Shown: positions 33,875 through 45,668, counted from the first letter of the whole stretch. The stretch is 63,996 nt of DNA, filler included, from an uncultured bacterium (GCA_964543115.1; 8 parts of 8 records of this genome joined end to end with filler, not necessarily neighbours in it), one strand, 5' to 3'. Translations and numbers: made by a program. The notes: generated by a model not told the origin, from the letters alone.

Positions 33875-36800
33875 AGGTATCCGGTGAGTGAGGGTAAGGC
33901 TAGTCAGTATCCGCAGAAGAGAATTCAAACAATTAAAGGCACTGAAACAAGCTATGAAGAGGGTATTCCAGTAACAAAAACTACTTATTGGGATACACAG
34001 GGGTGTCCGGTTAAGTGGAAATGGAAGAACAATAAAATGGTTAAATGGATATATAAAACCATTCCCGGGGTGGATGATGAGATTGAAGATGCAGTGCTTA
34101 TGGATGAGGATAATCCTACAAAAGGTTATAAGTATCAAAAAGGCGGGATTGTTTATGTTCCGATGACCGGAGTAATGCTTGCCGGCCCGTCGCCGCCTGA
34201 AGGTGTTTATAAATCAGAGACATGGAATGCGGAAACAGGAAAAACGATCACCAGGATTTATAAGCATGGCAGACTAATAAAGGGTCCTGGACATGCACGT
34301 AAACCGGCGAGAGATATTGTTTTAGAAGATGGAGCAATAATTAAAGGCGCCCGCTTTCGGGATGAGAAGAAGTCAACTGAAGATCATACTATTGATGTGG
34401 TCTATGACATTGCCGGTAGGCTGCGTGAAAAGGTTGAGATAATGAAGATAGGCGGTGAAACAATCAGGGTGGTGACTGTTATTGCGCTAGCTGACTATAT
34501 TAAGGAAAGGGGTGTTTGGTTAGCCACCAAGACAATAATAAAGGTTGATGGTGAAGATGTTTATGAGATAGTACTCCTTCCGCGGAAAAAAGGAAAGTAC
34601 CTTAATAGGAAAAGAGAAAAGATAGTTCAATTTAAGAATTTAAAAACCGGCCACTGCTGGCAGGAAGTGCAAAACAGAAAGACTCATGCCGTGAGAAGAT
34701 ATGATGGCAATTGGATTAACGGCAAATTTGTGCGGGAGAGGGTAACCTATTATTATTATGCGGATAAGTTAGCGAGAAAAGATAGGGACTTAAGGAAAAA
34801 AATCAGGGAAAATAAGTCTTTAGGAGAATTAATCCGTAAAGATATCGTTTATAAAGCCAAGACCTATGTTTATGATCCTTCTCGCGAAGGAGATAGAGGG
34901 GAACATCTTTCCTCAGCGCTAGCGGTCGCGTTTCCTGATGGCAACTATTTGGATAAGTTGGGCAGGCCGTTAGTCCAAATTACCAATCATAAAACAAAGA
35001 TTACCCAGCGTGAGGTTAAAAATAAATTGGGCTGGACGGATATTCTTTATGCGGGGAATCTTGTTGTTAATAAGTTTAAGCGCTGGGCAATTTCCGAAAA
35101 TACTTATCGGGGATTAAGGGGGTATATAGGTGTTGCTGATGAAATTGATGCTTATCTGTGGGATGATAAAACGGATGGTAAAGCAGTAAAGATTTCGAAG
35201 GCAGTGTTGGTGTTTGCTGGTAGTAAGTTTGTTTTTGATTTAAATAGGCAGAGTATTACCCAAATTAGACCGTTTAGGATAGATGTAGGTGTAATATCAA
35301 AAATTAGAAGCGTTCTTGGGGAAATTGATGATAGTTTATTGAGTGTAGAAGATAAAAGAGGGGTATTAGCATCTCTTGTAGGGCAAAGACTGTTGCTGGG
35401 GTATCAGACGGTCAGATATGCGGGAGTAAAAGGAAAAGAGAAAATTGATTCGGAGATAGAAAAGTACTATCAAACTGAGACAATTCATGATTGGCCGCTT
35501 TACAGTAAGTTTCCAAATGGTCACCTATTCTTGAATCTTGGCGTAGATGAATCCGGCTATAATCCTAAACTGCGGGTTCTTCTTGATGGACAGGGGAAGA
35601 TTGTTCATGTAGAGAAACGGGTAGCGGAGCATGATGAAGGTGACTATGTGTGCTTTATGCGCTTAAGTTTGCAGAAAGGAATGGCGCCAAGATATTCTTA
35701 TTACAAAAAACATGATCTTTCCGGCCGGTTAGATCACCAGCGGCCGGCAGTGAAAGAAGGTAACGTTTGGGTGCCGAATGAAAATTGGCTTACGGAATAT
35801 GACTACGTTGGTGAGAGCACTAAAGTGAAGCAGGTTATGCTTAAGTATAAACAAGAAGATAAGTATCTCACGGTGCGTATTAGCATGCCAAGAGCAAAGG
35901 GAAGGCTGGCAAACATATTCAGGGATCAGCAGGCATTATTTAAGGGCCTGAAAATAAAGGAGGATGTGTTTACTGATCGGAATAGTCCGCTATATAAAGA
36001 GCTTAAATCAGTTATTGGTGTGGATCCGAGAAGGATAGAGTTTGAGCTTTCAGAGGACAAAAATGCGGATCCTCCTCTGTGGGATGGGGTAAGGAGTTTT
36101 AACTTGCGCATTAAAGGCGATCCCAGCGACAGGACGTATGTGAGAATATTCTCTGATGGGCGTATTGCCGTAAACACTGCCTTCAGCGGTGCCAGCGCAA
36201 CTAGAAGCGTATTATATGAAAAGTGGAACGGCCGATATGTTCCTGTTATGGAAAGTATGTTTTCTGGTAGAGGTATTGTAAATGGTTTAATGGAAATAGT
36301 GAATTATCAGCTGAAACAAAACGGAGAACGTGATAATCGTGTTGATCCAACTTATGCTTATTATCAGCCCGAAGACCCTTTGGGCAGGGTAATGAGGGAA
36401 GTATCTGCTGGCGGTAGCTGGATAACAGTATATCGCTATAGAGAAGGAGTAGGGAGGCTTGCCGGGGTGGCTTTGTTCAATTATGATCCTAAAAAAGTTG
36501 TAGAAAATTTTGGCAACAAAAGCAATGAAGTGACAGCAGAAGAAATACGATCTATTTTGGCATATGCTAATATTGATAAGCATAAATATCCCCATTTGCA
36601 GTTTGTTTCCTATACCGGTGAAGACGATATTGTCGAGCTGGCAGATACTGCACTTGATTATGATTTCTTTCCAGATATAGTAAAGTACGAATTAGCCAAG
36701 TACGGTATCAGGGGTGATACCAAGGTTGAACGGACAACAGTAGAAACTGTCTGGGGATATTCCTATACTGATTATCGCAAAGTAGGCAGCCCGATGGGGG

Positions 36801-38252
36801 TAAGAGTAGTTTTTAACATAGATGAAGAAGGAAATAAGATAATTAGTGTTGTCTGGAGGGGTAAAAATGTGGTTAAGAGTTACAAGCTGAGAAATCAGGA
36901 CACAGGCAAGCGGGATGAGATAATAGAGACATATGTTAGTAATGGGCAGATAAAAGCAAAAGAGGTTTTTAAGCATGTTAAGGATGCTTATCAGGAACAT
37001 TGGGGCAGGGATATACTGGAGGATCTAAGTGAAGCCTTGGGCTTTGAAATAACAGATGAAACATATATCCCGCAGTTGGAGAGGGTGCAGTGGCTAAAGG
37101 ATACAGCCCGGGAAGAAAACGGGCGGGGCAGGATATCACCATATTTATATCTAATGGAAAGGAAACTGGATAGGGATATTACCAAAAAGGAAGAGATTTT
37201 GCTGCTTAGACTGCTGCATGTATTTGAGAGGAATATTCTTATTGGTTTTGTCGGAGAAAATGGAGAGGGGAAAATTGACGAATTAAGAGAAATTATAAGC
37301 AATATGGATGCAGAAGATATCTGGCGCATGGTGCTGGCTGATTTTGACAGACAAGAGGATATAGATGCCTTGGGCTTAATTGGTATAAGAGCAGATAATA
37401 TAAAAGATATATTTATGGATATATCTTTGGGGCATGTAAGATCTTCTGTCTTGTATCTGATTCCTAATTATCCGTTTTCGGGTGGGATACTTGCTACATA
37501 TCATCCGAAGAATAATTCGCGGGAGATAAATATGTGGTGGCGGAAGACTTACGAGACAGCTGCTGATGAGGAAAAAGATGTACCGTTTGGAATTCAGCCG
37601 GGAAGCTTCAGCGTGGTGGAGGGAAAGGTTGACGAAGTTAAATTGCTGGAGAGGGAAGAATCTGTGAATGGTCTTGCTGCCTTCAGATATAAGGTGGTCA
37701 AGGCAGCTGAGGTTAGAGATGCAACAATCAGCCAGGCAGAATTAAAAACAGAAGAAGTTTTCGGGGCAACTGGTTCAAGGTTGTTTACCGGATATCATGA
37801 GGCGCGCACGAGATTGTTTACCGTAGTTCCCGTAGTCAGCGGAAGAGAACGTATAGTTTATAAACAAAGAGATGAAGAGGAAATACCTGTATTTGCCTAT
37901 AATGAAGAGACCGGGTCGATAACCAAGATATTTGTTGATGAAGAATGGATGATCGATGTGAGAGAGGAAGATGGTGTGCCTTATCAGAAACTTTGTATGT
38001 ATGTATTAAAGGTAGAACCATTAACCTATGACGTTAATGGTAAAGGTGTAGTGCAGAGGTTATTAGCAGAGGCGCAGGCTAGGGGTATTGATATGTCAGA
38101 GATGGAAGTGCTGCAGCTATTGGTTGAATTTATTGAGGGCAAAATAAAGGAGGAAGCAGGAAAATATGAACTTAGGCGGTCTTTCCGGCAGGTGTCTGTG
38201 GGTATGGAAGAGATTGGGGAATCTCTGGCAGAAGGGGAAGAAGAAGCGCCGG
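33875..38252 (+). CDS. N-terminal part (5'-partial) of a giant protein: basic, beta-rich region with sparse YD-like hairpins
   Basis: Open from the contig start to the 10-N scaffold gap. Motifs YDIAGRLREK, LDKLGRPL, EDPLGRVMRE. Ends EEAP inside a 13-bp repeat that recurs in frame with the next ORF. Confidence 0.75.
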
Positions 38253-38437
38253 NNNNNNNNNNTCCCTTTCACTTCTTGCCGCACAACAGATCGCAGCGCC
38301 GGCCTCAGCAAACGCAGCCTTGAACTGCGTGCCACTAGCTATTATAATACTGCTCTGTTTGGCGTAAGCGTGAAGAAGGGCGGTCCGATAATCCAGCGGG
38401 AGGGATCTCAATGAGCTCCGTAGTGAAGAAGCGCCGG
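38240..38437. other. 185-bp interruption (10-N gap plus 162 bp unrelated sequence plus one repeat copy) bounded by a 13-bp direct repeat
   Basis: GAAGAAGCGCCGG at 38240-38252 and 38425-38437. Removing 38240-38424 fuses the flanking ORFs in frame. Confidence 0.75.
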
Positions 38438-41400
38438 AAGAAGATGAGCCGGCAGTGGTTTTGATAGAGAAGGAAATCTTAGCTGGCGGCTTGAAGCTGA
38501 TGCAGGGCAGGGTTAATCTATATGAAGATAGCTACGAAGATGGTGTGCACCTAGTGTTAAAAGACACAAGGAAGATAGATACTAGAGAGTCATGGAAAGA
38601 TAAGCTTAAGGGAAAACCGGTGTGGCTGTGGGTGTTGATGCTGTTTGGCACCTTCTTGTTGGCCATACCTCTTATTGGCACAATCATTGGCGGGATTCGC
38701 TCTTTTTTTAGAAAAGGAAGAAGGGGGAGCAAGCCCAAAAAACCTTCCTCAGGTCGTATGCCTTCTGCGGATGGTGAAAGGCAAACATTGAGTGGTGTGG
38801 TGCCGGGCTTGGGTGTCGGGGCAGCACTGTTAAAGGGATGGTCTTTGTTTTGTGGTTTTGTGACTGAATTAATAATGTCTATTGGCCATTTTTCGTATAA
38901 GGCAGGCGCGATAGCATTTTGGCTGGCAGTATCTGTATTTATTGTAATTGAGTTTCGTAAATTGTGGCAAACAATTAAGAATGTTCGACAAGGACCCACT
39001 GTAGCATATATAGATCCCAGGATTAATGATCGGAATTTGGCATCGCATCTCCGGTACACAGTAGGTGATTATGCATTTGATAGAGAATCAAGCCGTGCAG
39101 TTATTGATAAACTTCATAAAGAATTACTTAATGAATTAGATATGGGAAGGTCATGGCGGCAGATATTAGAACGCAGGCTTAAAAACTTTGTTGCCTGGCA
39201 CAATAAGACGGGCGGGGTTTCTAGGTTGGATAGATTTACATTTTCAGATCTTGTGTTAAAGACGCTTGTATTTGATTCTACTGCTGCTTTAAGTCATACA
39301 GCGCCTAATTTTGCCTTTTATCTGTTTGATAAGGCAAGAGAAATGCGTGATTGGAAAGAAGGTACACCAGTGCCCAGGCACGAAATCGGTGCAATAATAG
39401 AAGACGATACAGATAAATGGATAAAGGGGCTAAAGAGGCATTATGACCGCAGAGAACGCAAAGAGAATATGATTTCAGCTGAGGATATAGAGGATTTATT
39501 TGGTAATTATCAGTTATCTAGATATAGCTCTGTCGCTGGTTGTGTGAGAACAATGATTGGCAGAGGAGAGAGATTCTTGGATGTATTAAGAAATGAAGGC
39601 AGGGACAGTGTTTTGACGCAGATGGACAGATTAACAAGAAGTGGCAATAGTCGGTATTACAAGGATTTCAAAACATATCATGATTATAGTGGATATAGCG
39701 GGACAATAGGGATTGTTATTGGTATTGCCACCGGCGGTGTACTGTCTTTTGTGCTTAGCGGCGGATTGCTTCACATGCTGATAGGAATATTGATAGGTGC
39801 AGGTATTGGCTGGATATGGGGTGCTACGATAACACCGTTAAAAGGATGGTTTGTATTCCTGCGTAACTATTTCTGGTTTTTAGTATGGTTTCCCTTATTT
39901 ACGATGAGTTTATTGTTGATGATAGTATTTCCTGTACTATGGACAATGCCTGTTGTGGTAAATATATTTGCCATTGCTTCAGGGATAACTGCTGCCTTTG
40001 GGGTGAAGTTTATTATCAAGAATATTAAGAGTTTTGTTTTGGCAGCAAGAGGCGGATTTCTTGGCAGGAGTATTAAAGAATTTCTTTTTTCTATACTGTT
40101 TTGGGTTACTACATTTGGTTTGAAGTTTCTTTGGAACCTGTTTGTTTTTGGTCTATTGACAGTGCCCACCTTTTATCTTCTTGGTCTTACCCCGGATTCA
40201 TTTATGCCTCTTGCGCAGATGTCCGGAATTATAATTACCCCAGCCATTGCTGCCATCTTAAAAGGAATGTTGATGGTGTTATTGTGGGGGCCTTTTGTTT
40301 CCTTCTATTATCTTGATACGTTCACATTCTTCCATCTAACGCAGTCAATATTCGGCTACATTATGGGGCGCTGGCTGGGGCTTGGCGGAAGTAGTTGGTT
40401 GCAGAGTAAACCATGGACAGGTATTACGGCGAGTATTGGGGATGTTCTCGAATGGCAATCTTTAGGTAAAGGGGCTATGGGAAAAATTTACACAATTGCT
40501 CGGAATCGTTATCAGAACGTTTTGTATCCGGCGCAACAAGCGGGAGCGATGAGCAGAGAAAACGCGTGGCAGCTGACCTGGAATAAGTTTATTGAGAATT
40601 TATATAGAGAAAGTGTTATCAGCAGAACTGAAAGAGATGCATATTATATAGAGAATGCTCATAATCTGCCGAATTTTATTCGTCCGCGCAGTGAAGAGGC
40701 GCAGGAGCGCATACATTATTTTCTTACCAGTCTGAATATGGACATGCCGCCGGCTCCTTTATGGGACAAGTTGCCGTCTTTAACCCCTTGTATAACCAGT
40801 TTTGATGAAGTGGTGATCTACCATCTTAATTTTCTAAATCAGCAGGTGGACGGAGGTAAAACTTATTTAACCCATCTTATCCAAAGCCAGCCGGAAGAAT
40901 GGGAGAATTTATGTGACTTACTTCACAGAGAATATGGAGTGAGCAGAAGAGATGCAAGCAGCTTGAAGAGGTTGAGGGGCGCAAGAACAACAGAATATAT
41001 TGATTTATCGGATGCTGCTGTTTTTGCCATAGAGGATTGGGCCAATATGAGATTTCAGCCTTTGTACAGAACGCTAAGAGGTATGGTGGCAATCAGGAAT
41101 GCCTATAGGGTTTATGCAGAGATATGTTTTCCGGCAGAAACAACAGAGCAGAGAGAAGAGAGGATAGATAAAAAGCTGCAACTAATGTTTCTCTATGCAG
41201 GGTATGGATTTAAGGTTAGTAAAGAGCAAAAAGCAAATGTTGAATGGATGTTAAATGATCCGGAATATCGGGGATTGGAGGTATGCTATTTAGGAAGCAG
41301 TAAACTTATGCGGCACAGAGACAACGGCGGCGGAACATTAACTTTAAAAACCTCTGAAAATGAGATTAAGCGCGGCAAGCCGCAGAGTCAGTGCCATATG

Positions 41401-42069
41401 GTAAGCTGGATTCGGGGAGAAAAAGCATTATTTTTTGATGCAAACAGCGCAACCACATTAGAAAATGCCTATAAGATACCAAATGCACTCGCTGAATTTG
41501 ATAGAGATCCTAAATTGCGGCTGATTAATTTCCCGGAAGAAATATTTACCAAGAGGTTTAATTGGAAAGGTGAGGCACATGCCTTTGGAGATCATGCCTG
41601 GACGAGTTTTGTGCAGCGGGTACTGGCCAGGGCTGGTGCGCTGGGATTTTATGGACATGCGGCGATCATCGATACGGAGGGCTTGCATGACTATGGTGCT
41701 GTTCCGATAGATTATGTAAGTGAAGATTTAATGATGGCCATTAGAAACTGGCTGCAGGGTAAAGGATATCATGTGGCGCATAAAGAATATTTGACTTTTG
41801 GTAAGGCCAGGGAACTTAGCTTTTACAGCTGTGCGGTTCCCTTCCAGAAATTTGCGGGAGGGGGGGTAGAACTTGCGCTTGGCCGCCAACTTACAAGGAT
41901 GATGCAGAGCGATGAAGCACCGTGGTGGCAGAAGATGATGTTATTCTTTACCTTGAGTTTCTTCTTTAAGAAACCGTTAATATATATATCTATACCGTTT
42001 TACTTAATAAGTGTAATGATGTTTGGTCTGAGCGGGTATGTAGCCTTCCCCTTCTTGGCGTTTTTTGGT
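38425..42069 (+). CDS. C-terminal part (3'-partial) of the giant protein: TM segments, FKS1 domain-1-like region, TM bundle, GT48 1,3-beta-glucan synthase (FKS1/callose synthase-like) catalytic domain
   Basis: GT48 motifs in the correct order: EAQERIHYFLTSLNMDMPPAP; QPEEWENL; WANMRFQPLYRTLRGM; GKPQSQ; RGEKALFFDANS..LENAYKIPNALAEF; EEIFT; VQRVLA..YGH; VSEDL; EYLTFGKARE; KFAGGGVELALGR. Confidence 0.85.
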
Positions 42070-42169
42070 NNNNNNNNNNNNNNNNNNNNNNNNNNNNNNN
42101 NNNNNNNNNNNNNTTAATTAATTAANNNNNNNNNNNNNNNNNNNNNNNNNNNNNNNNNNNNNNNNNNNN
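42070..42169. other. Artificial contig linker
   Basis: 44 N + TTAATTAATTAA + 44 N. Confidence 0.98.
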
Positions 42170-42373
<204 letters not shown>

Positions 42374-42385
42374 AGGAGCAGACTC

Positions 42386-43192
42386 ATGAATTTAACCGAA
42401 CAGCAGATTGACCGGTACAGCCGGCATATTATTCTGCAGGATGTTGGCGGAAAGGGGCAGGAAAAGATTCTGCTGGCAAAAGTGCTGATTATCGGTATGG
42501 GCGGTTTAGGGGCGCCGGCGGCCCTGTATTTAGCGGCGGCTGGTGTGGGTACCCTGGGCCTGGTTGATTCGGATTGTGTGGAATTATCTAACCTCCAGCG
42601 GCAGGTAATTCATTTTACGCCTGATGTGGGAAAGCCTAAAGTTGTTTCTTCCCGGGAAAAGATAGAGCAGATTAATCCTGAGGTAAAGGTTGTTGCCCAC
42701 CGGACGCGGGCCACGGCTGCCACGATTAAGGATTTGATACAAGATTATGATTTTGTTATTGACGGGACGGATAATTTTCCGGCCAAGTTTCTTATAAATG
42801 ATGCCTGTGTCTTGAATAATAAACCGTTTTCTCACGGCGGGATATTGCGGTTTGACGGGCAGACGCTTACCTATACTCCGGGTAATGCTTGTTACCGTTG
42901 TATTTTTCCCGCCCCGCCGCCCAAAGGCGCCGTGCCCACCTGTAGTCAGGCGGGGGTGCTGGGAGCCGTGGCCGGTATGCTGGGAACCATTCAGGCGGCA
43001 GAGGCCTTGAAATATGTTTTAGCTAAAGGAGGACTGCTGGAGAACCGGCTGCTTGTTTTTAACGCCCTTACGATGCAGTTTCGTACCGTCAGCCTGAAGC
43101 GTAATCCCTGCTGTCCGGTGTGTGGTGAGGAGCCGGAGATTACTGAACTTAAAGACTATGAACAACCGGCCTGTGATCTAAGAAAATCATGA
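42386..43192 (+). CDS. ThiF/MoeB/HesA-family sulfur-carrier adenylyltransferase
   Basis: RYSRH, GxGGLG, DSDCVELSNLQRQ, two CxxC zinc sites (CYRC, CPVC). Confidence 0.92.
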   Translation: MNLTEQQIDRYSRHIILQDVGGKGQEKILLAKVLIIGMGGLGAPAALYLAAAGVGTLGLVDSDCVELSNLQRQVIHFTPDVGKPKVVSSREKIEQINPEVKVVAHRTRATAATIKDLIQDYDFVIDGTDNFPAKFLINDACVLNNKPFSHGGILRFDGQTLTYTPGNACYRCIFPAPPPKGAVPTCSQAGVLGAVAGMLGTIQAAEALKYVLAKGGLLENRLLVFNALTMQFRTVSLKRNPCCPVCGEEPEITELKDYEQPACDLRKS

Positions 43193-43602
43193 ATACGATA
43201 ATTATTACTAGTGAAGTTTTTAAACAAATGGTGCAACAGGCGCTTAAAGAACAACCGCTGGAGGCCTGCGGCTATCTGGCGGGAACGGGAAACAAAATAA
43301 CAAAATTGTTTCGGATGACCAATAAGGACCGGAGTGCCGAGCATTTTTCGTTTGTTCCCGAGGAACAATTCGCGGTTGTCAAACAGGCGCGAGAGCAGGG
43401 ACTGCGGCTTATCGGTATTTATCACAGCCATCCCGCTTCACCGGCGCGGCTCTCGGAAGAGGATATCCGGCTGGCCTATGATCGGAGTATACTTTATGTC
43501 ATTGTTTCTCTGCATAAGGTAGAGCCAAAGATAAAGGCCTTTAGATTTGACGAGGATATGGTAGAGGAAATTTACGTAGCTATTAAGGATGGAATGTCAT
43601 GA
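43189..43602 (+). CDS. JAMM/MPN (M67) metallopeptidase, sulfur-carrier C-terminal processing type
   Basis: EACG...YHSHPASPARLSEED (E-x-HxH-x7-S-x2-D). Confidence 0.9.
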   Translation: MNTIIITSEVFKQMVQQALKEQPLEACGYLAGTGNKITKLFRMTNKDRSAEHFSFVPEEQFAVVKQAREQGLRLIGIYHSHPASPARLSEEDIRLAYDRSILYVIVSLHKVEPKIKAFRFDEDMVEEIYVAIKDGMS

Positions 43603-43829
43603 TGGAAACACATACGCGCACAATAATAAAGACTGTTACTTGGCGATTCATCGCGTTTAGTGCTACAGTTGTTGCCATATATCTTTATGATAAGAACATT
43701 AAGGCGGCTTTAACCGTCGGTATATCGGTTAATCTGGTTAAGATGTTTCTTTATTATTTACATGAGCGGTTCTGGAACAATGTTTCATTCGGCAGGGTAC
43801 AACCGAAACAACCGGAATATCAAATTTAA
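43599..43829 (+). CDS. DUF2061-like small membrane protein
   Basis: ETHTRTIIKTVTWR...YYLHERFW signature. Confidence 0.8.
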   Translation: MMETHTRTIIKTVTWRFIAFSATVVAIYLYDKNIKAALTVGISVNLVKMFLYYLHERFWNNVSFGRVQPKQPEYQI

Positions 43830-43844
43830 CAGAGGAGGTGTTGG

Positions 43845-44603
43845 ATGTCTATGGTAATTGATGAAAAAAAGGAACAGCAATGGAAGAAAAAGATGCTCGA
43901 ACAGGAAAACGATCTGCATTATCTGGTGGATTCACTTAATTTCAAGGAGAAAGTGGCCCGCTCTCTGCGCTTGATTCAGGAAGCCTATGATGTTTACGGT
44001 GATTCCCTGGTGGTGGCCAACAGTCTGGGTAAAGATTCAGTGGCTGTCTGGCACCTGGCCAAAGAGGTAAGTTCCCGGATCCGCGGGTTTATTGTTACTA
44101 CCCGTTATAAACCCAAAGAGACCAAGGAATTTATGCGGGAGGAAGTGGCCCGCTATCCGGAACTGCGGGTATTTGAGAATAATGAGGAGATCCAGGATAA
44201 ATTGTATCAAACCAATCCTGATAAGTGCTGTGATATCCTCAAGGTGAAACCGACAATACAGGCGGTGCAGGAAATGAACGTAAAATGCTGGGTGACCGGC
44301 CTGCGCTGTACCGAAGGGCGTACCCGGACAGATTTTAAGGAAGTGGAGGAACGTGATAAAGGATTAATTAAACTTAATCCGATCCTTATCTGGAAAGAAC
44401 GGGAGGTCTGGCAGTATCTGGCCCTCTACCAGGTTAAGGTTAACCCCCTGTATATGGAAGGTTACCGTTCGCTGGGCTGTTCACCCTGCACCAGGATTAC
44501 TAACGAGGATAATGAGCGTGCCGGCCGCTGGATTGGGACCAGCAAATGCGGCGGGGAATGCGGAATCCACACCAGGTCTTTGATTGATGGCGCCGGGATA
44601 TAA
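43845..44603 (+). CDS. cysH: CysH-family adenylyl-sulfate (APS) reductase with Fe-S cysteine motifs
   Basis: SLGKDS; DKCCDILKVKP; TGLR..EG..R; YRSLGCSPCT; C-terminal ECGIH. The CC plus CxxC pattern favours APS over PAPS specificity. Confidence 0.85.
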   Translation: MSMVIDEKKEQQWKKKMLEQENDLHYLVDSLNFKEKVARSLRLIQEAYDVYGDSLVVANSLGKDSVAVWHLAKEVSSRIRGFIVTTRYKPKETKEFMREEVARYPELRVFENNEEIQDKLYQTNPDKCCDILKVKPTIQAVQEMNVKCWVTGLRCTEGRTRTDFKEVEERDKGLIKLNPILIWKEREVWQYLALYQVKVNPLYMEGYRSLGCSPCTRITNEDNERAGRWIGTSKCGGECGIHTRSLIDGAGI

Positions 44604-44668
44604 ACGATTTATCACGGAAAAGGCATAGTGCTTCTATAAATAGCTTGTTTTCGTGTATAATAACCAGT

Positions 44669-45664
44669 ATGCAACTATTGATTATTGGGATTACCCATCA
44701 CCAGGCGCCTGTGGAATTACGGGAAAAGGTGGCGTTTACGCGGAAATACCTGCCGGCATACTACCGCTATTTGTGCCGGGACGCCGTTTTGGAAGCCGTA
44801 TTGCTCTCCACCTGTAACCGGAGCGAAATTATTGTTGGTTGCCGGAATGCCGAATCGGCAAAAGTCCAGGTTGCTCGATTTCTGGATAAATATTTCGCTG
44901 TTCCTGCCAGTTTAAGCCGCTCTTTTTTTACCCTGACCGGTGCAGCCGCTTACCGGCATTTGGGCCAGGTGGCCTCCGGCCTGCAGTCAGCCGTTATTGG
45001 AGAGACCTATATTCTGGGGCAAATGAAACGGGCCTTGCAACAGGCGCAGACTTGTGGGGCAGCAGGAAATTTTCTTACGAGTAGCATTAACCGGTCACTG
45101 CGGTTGGGAAGAGCGGTGCGTGAAAAAACAGTTATTTCCCGCGGGGCTGTTTCCGTGCCCCAGTCGGCCGTAGTGCTCGCCGAGCAGGTAGCCGGGTCGC
45201 TGCGGAACAAAAATATTATTCTTATTGGTACGGGGAAAATAAGTATTAATACGGGTAAATATATTGTTAAACGCGGCGGTAAAATTACCTGGATCGCTAA
45301 CCGTACGTTTGACCGGGCGCGGCAGGCGGCGCGGCAGCTGGGAGCTCAGGCAGTACGGCTGGATAAACTGGCAGAGTATTTGTGTCAGGCGGATATGGTA
45401 TTTTCAGCAACCGCCTCACCTCATTATATCCTGAGAGCGGATCGGTTAGAGAAAGCGCTGGGGACGCGTAATAAACCTCTGATCATATTTGATCTGGCCG
45501 TGCCCCGCGACGCGGATCCCGCTCTGGCCGGAGAAATGGTTAAGCTATATAATATTGATAGCGTGAAGACGATCATCGCGGCTAATCTTAAAAGAAGAGC
45601 TAATGCCGTAGGGGAAGCTGAGAGGATTATTAAAACAGCCATTAACCAGTTGCAGGTTGCCTGA
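44669..45664 (+). CDS. hemA: Glutamyl-tRNA reductase, short form (331 aa)
   Basis: GITHHQAPVELREK, LSTCNRSE, SAVIGETYILGQ, ANRT, DLAVPRD. ATG 44669 preferred over the track start. Confidence 0.9.
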   Translation: MQLLIIGITHHQAPVELREKVAFTRKYLPAYYRYLCRDAVLEAVLLSTCNRSEIIVGCRNAESAKVQVARFLDKYFAVPASLSRSFFTLTGAAAYRHLGQVASGLQSAVIGETYILGQMKRALQQAQTCGAAGNFLTSSINRSLRLGRAVREKTVISRGAVSVPQSAVVLAEQVAGSLRNKNIILIGTGKISINTGKYIVKRGGKITWIANRTFDRARQAARQLGAQAVRLDKLAEYLCQADMVFSATASPHYILRADRLEKALGTRNKPLIIFDLAVPRDADPALAGEMVKLYNIDSVKTIIAANLKRRANAVGEAERIIKTAINQLQVA

Positions 45665-45668
45665 TTAA

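Noticed and set aside
33875..42069. GT48 contig as eukaryotic contamination
   Set aside because: More than 8 kb of intron-free ORF, strong divergence from plant and fungal consensus, and fusion to a bacterial-style YD-like region argue against it. Binning has not been verified, so this is unlikely rather than excluded.
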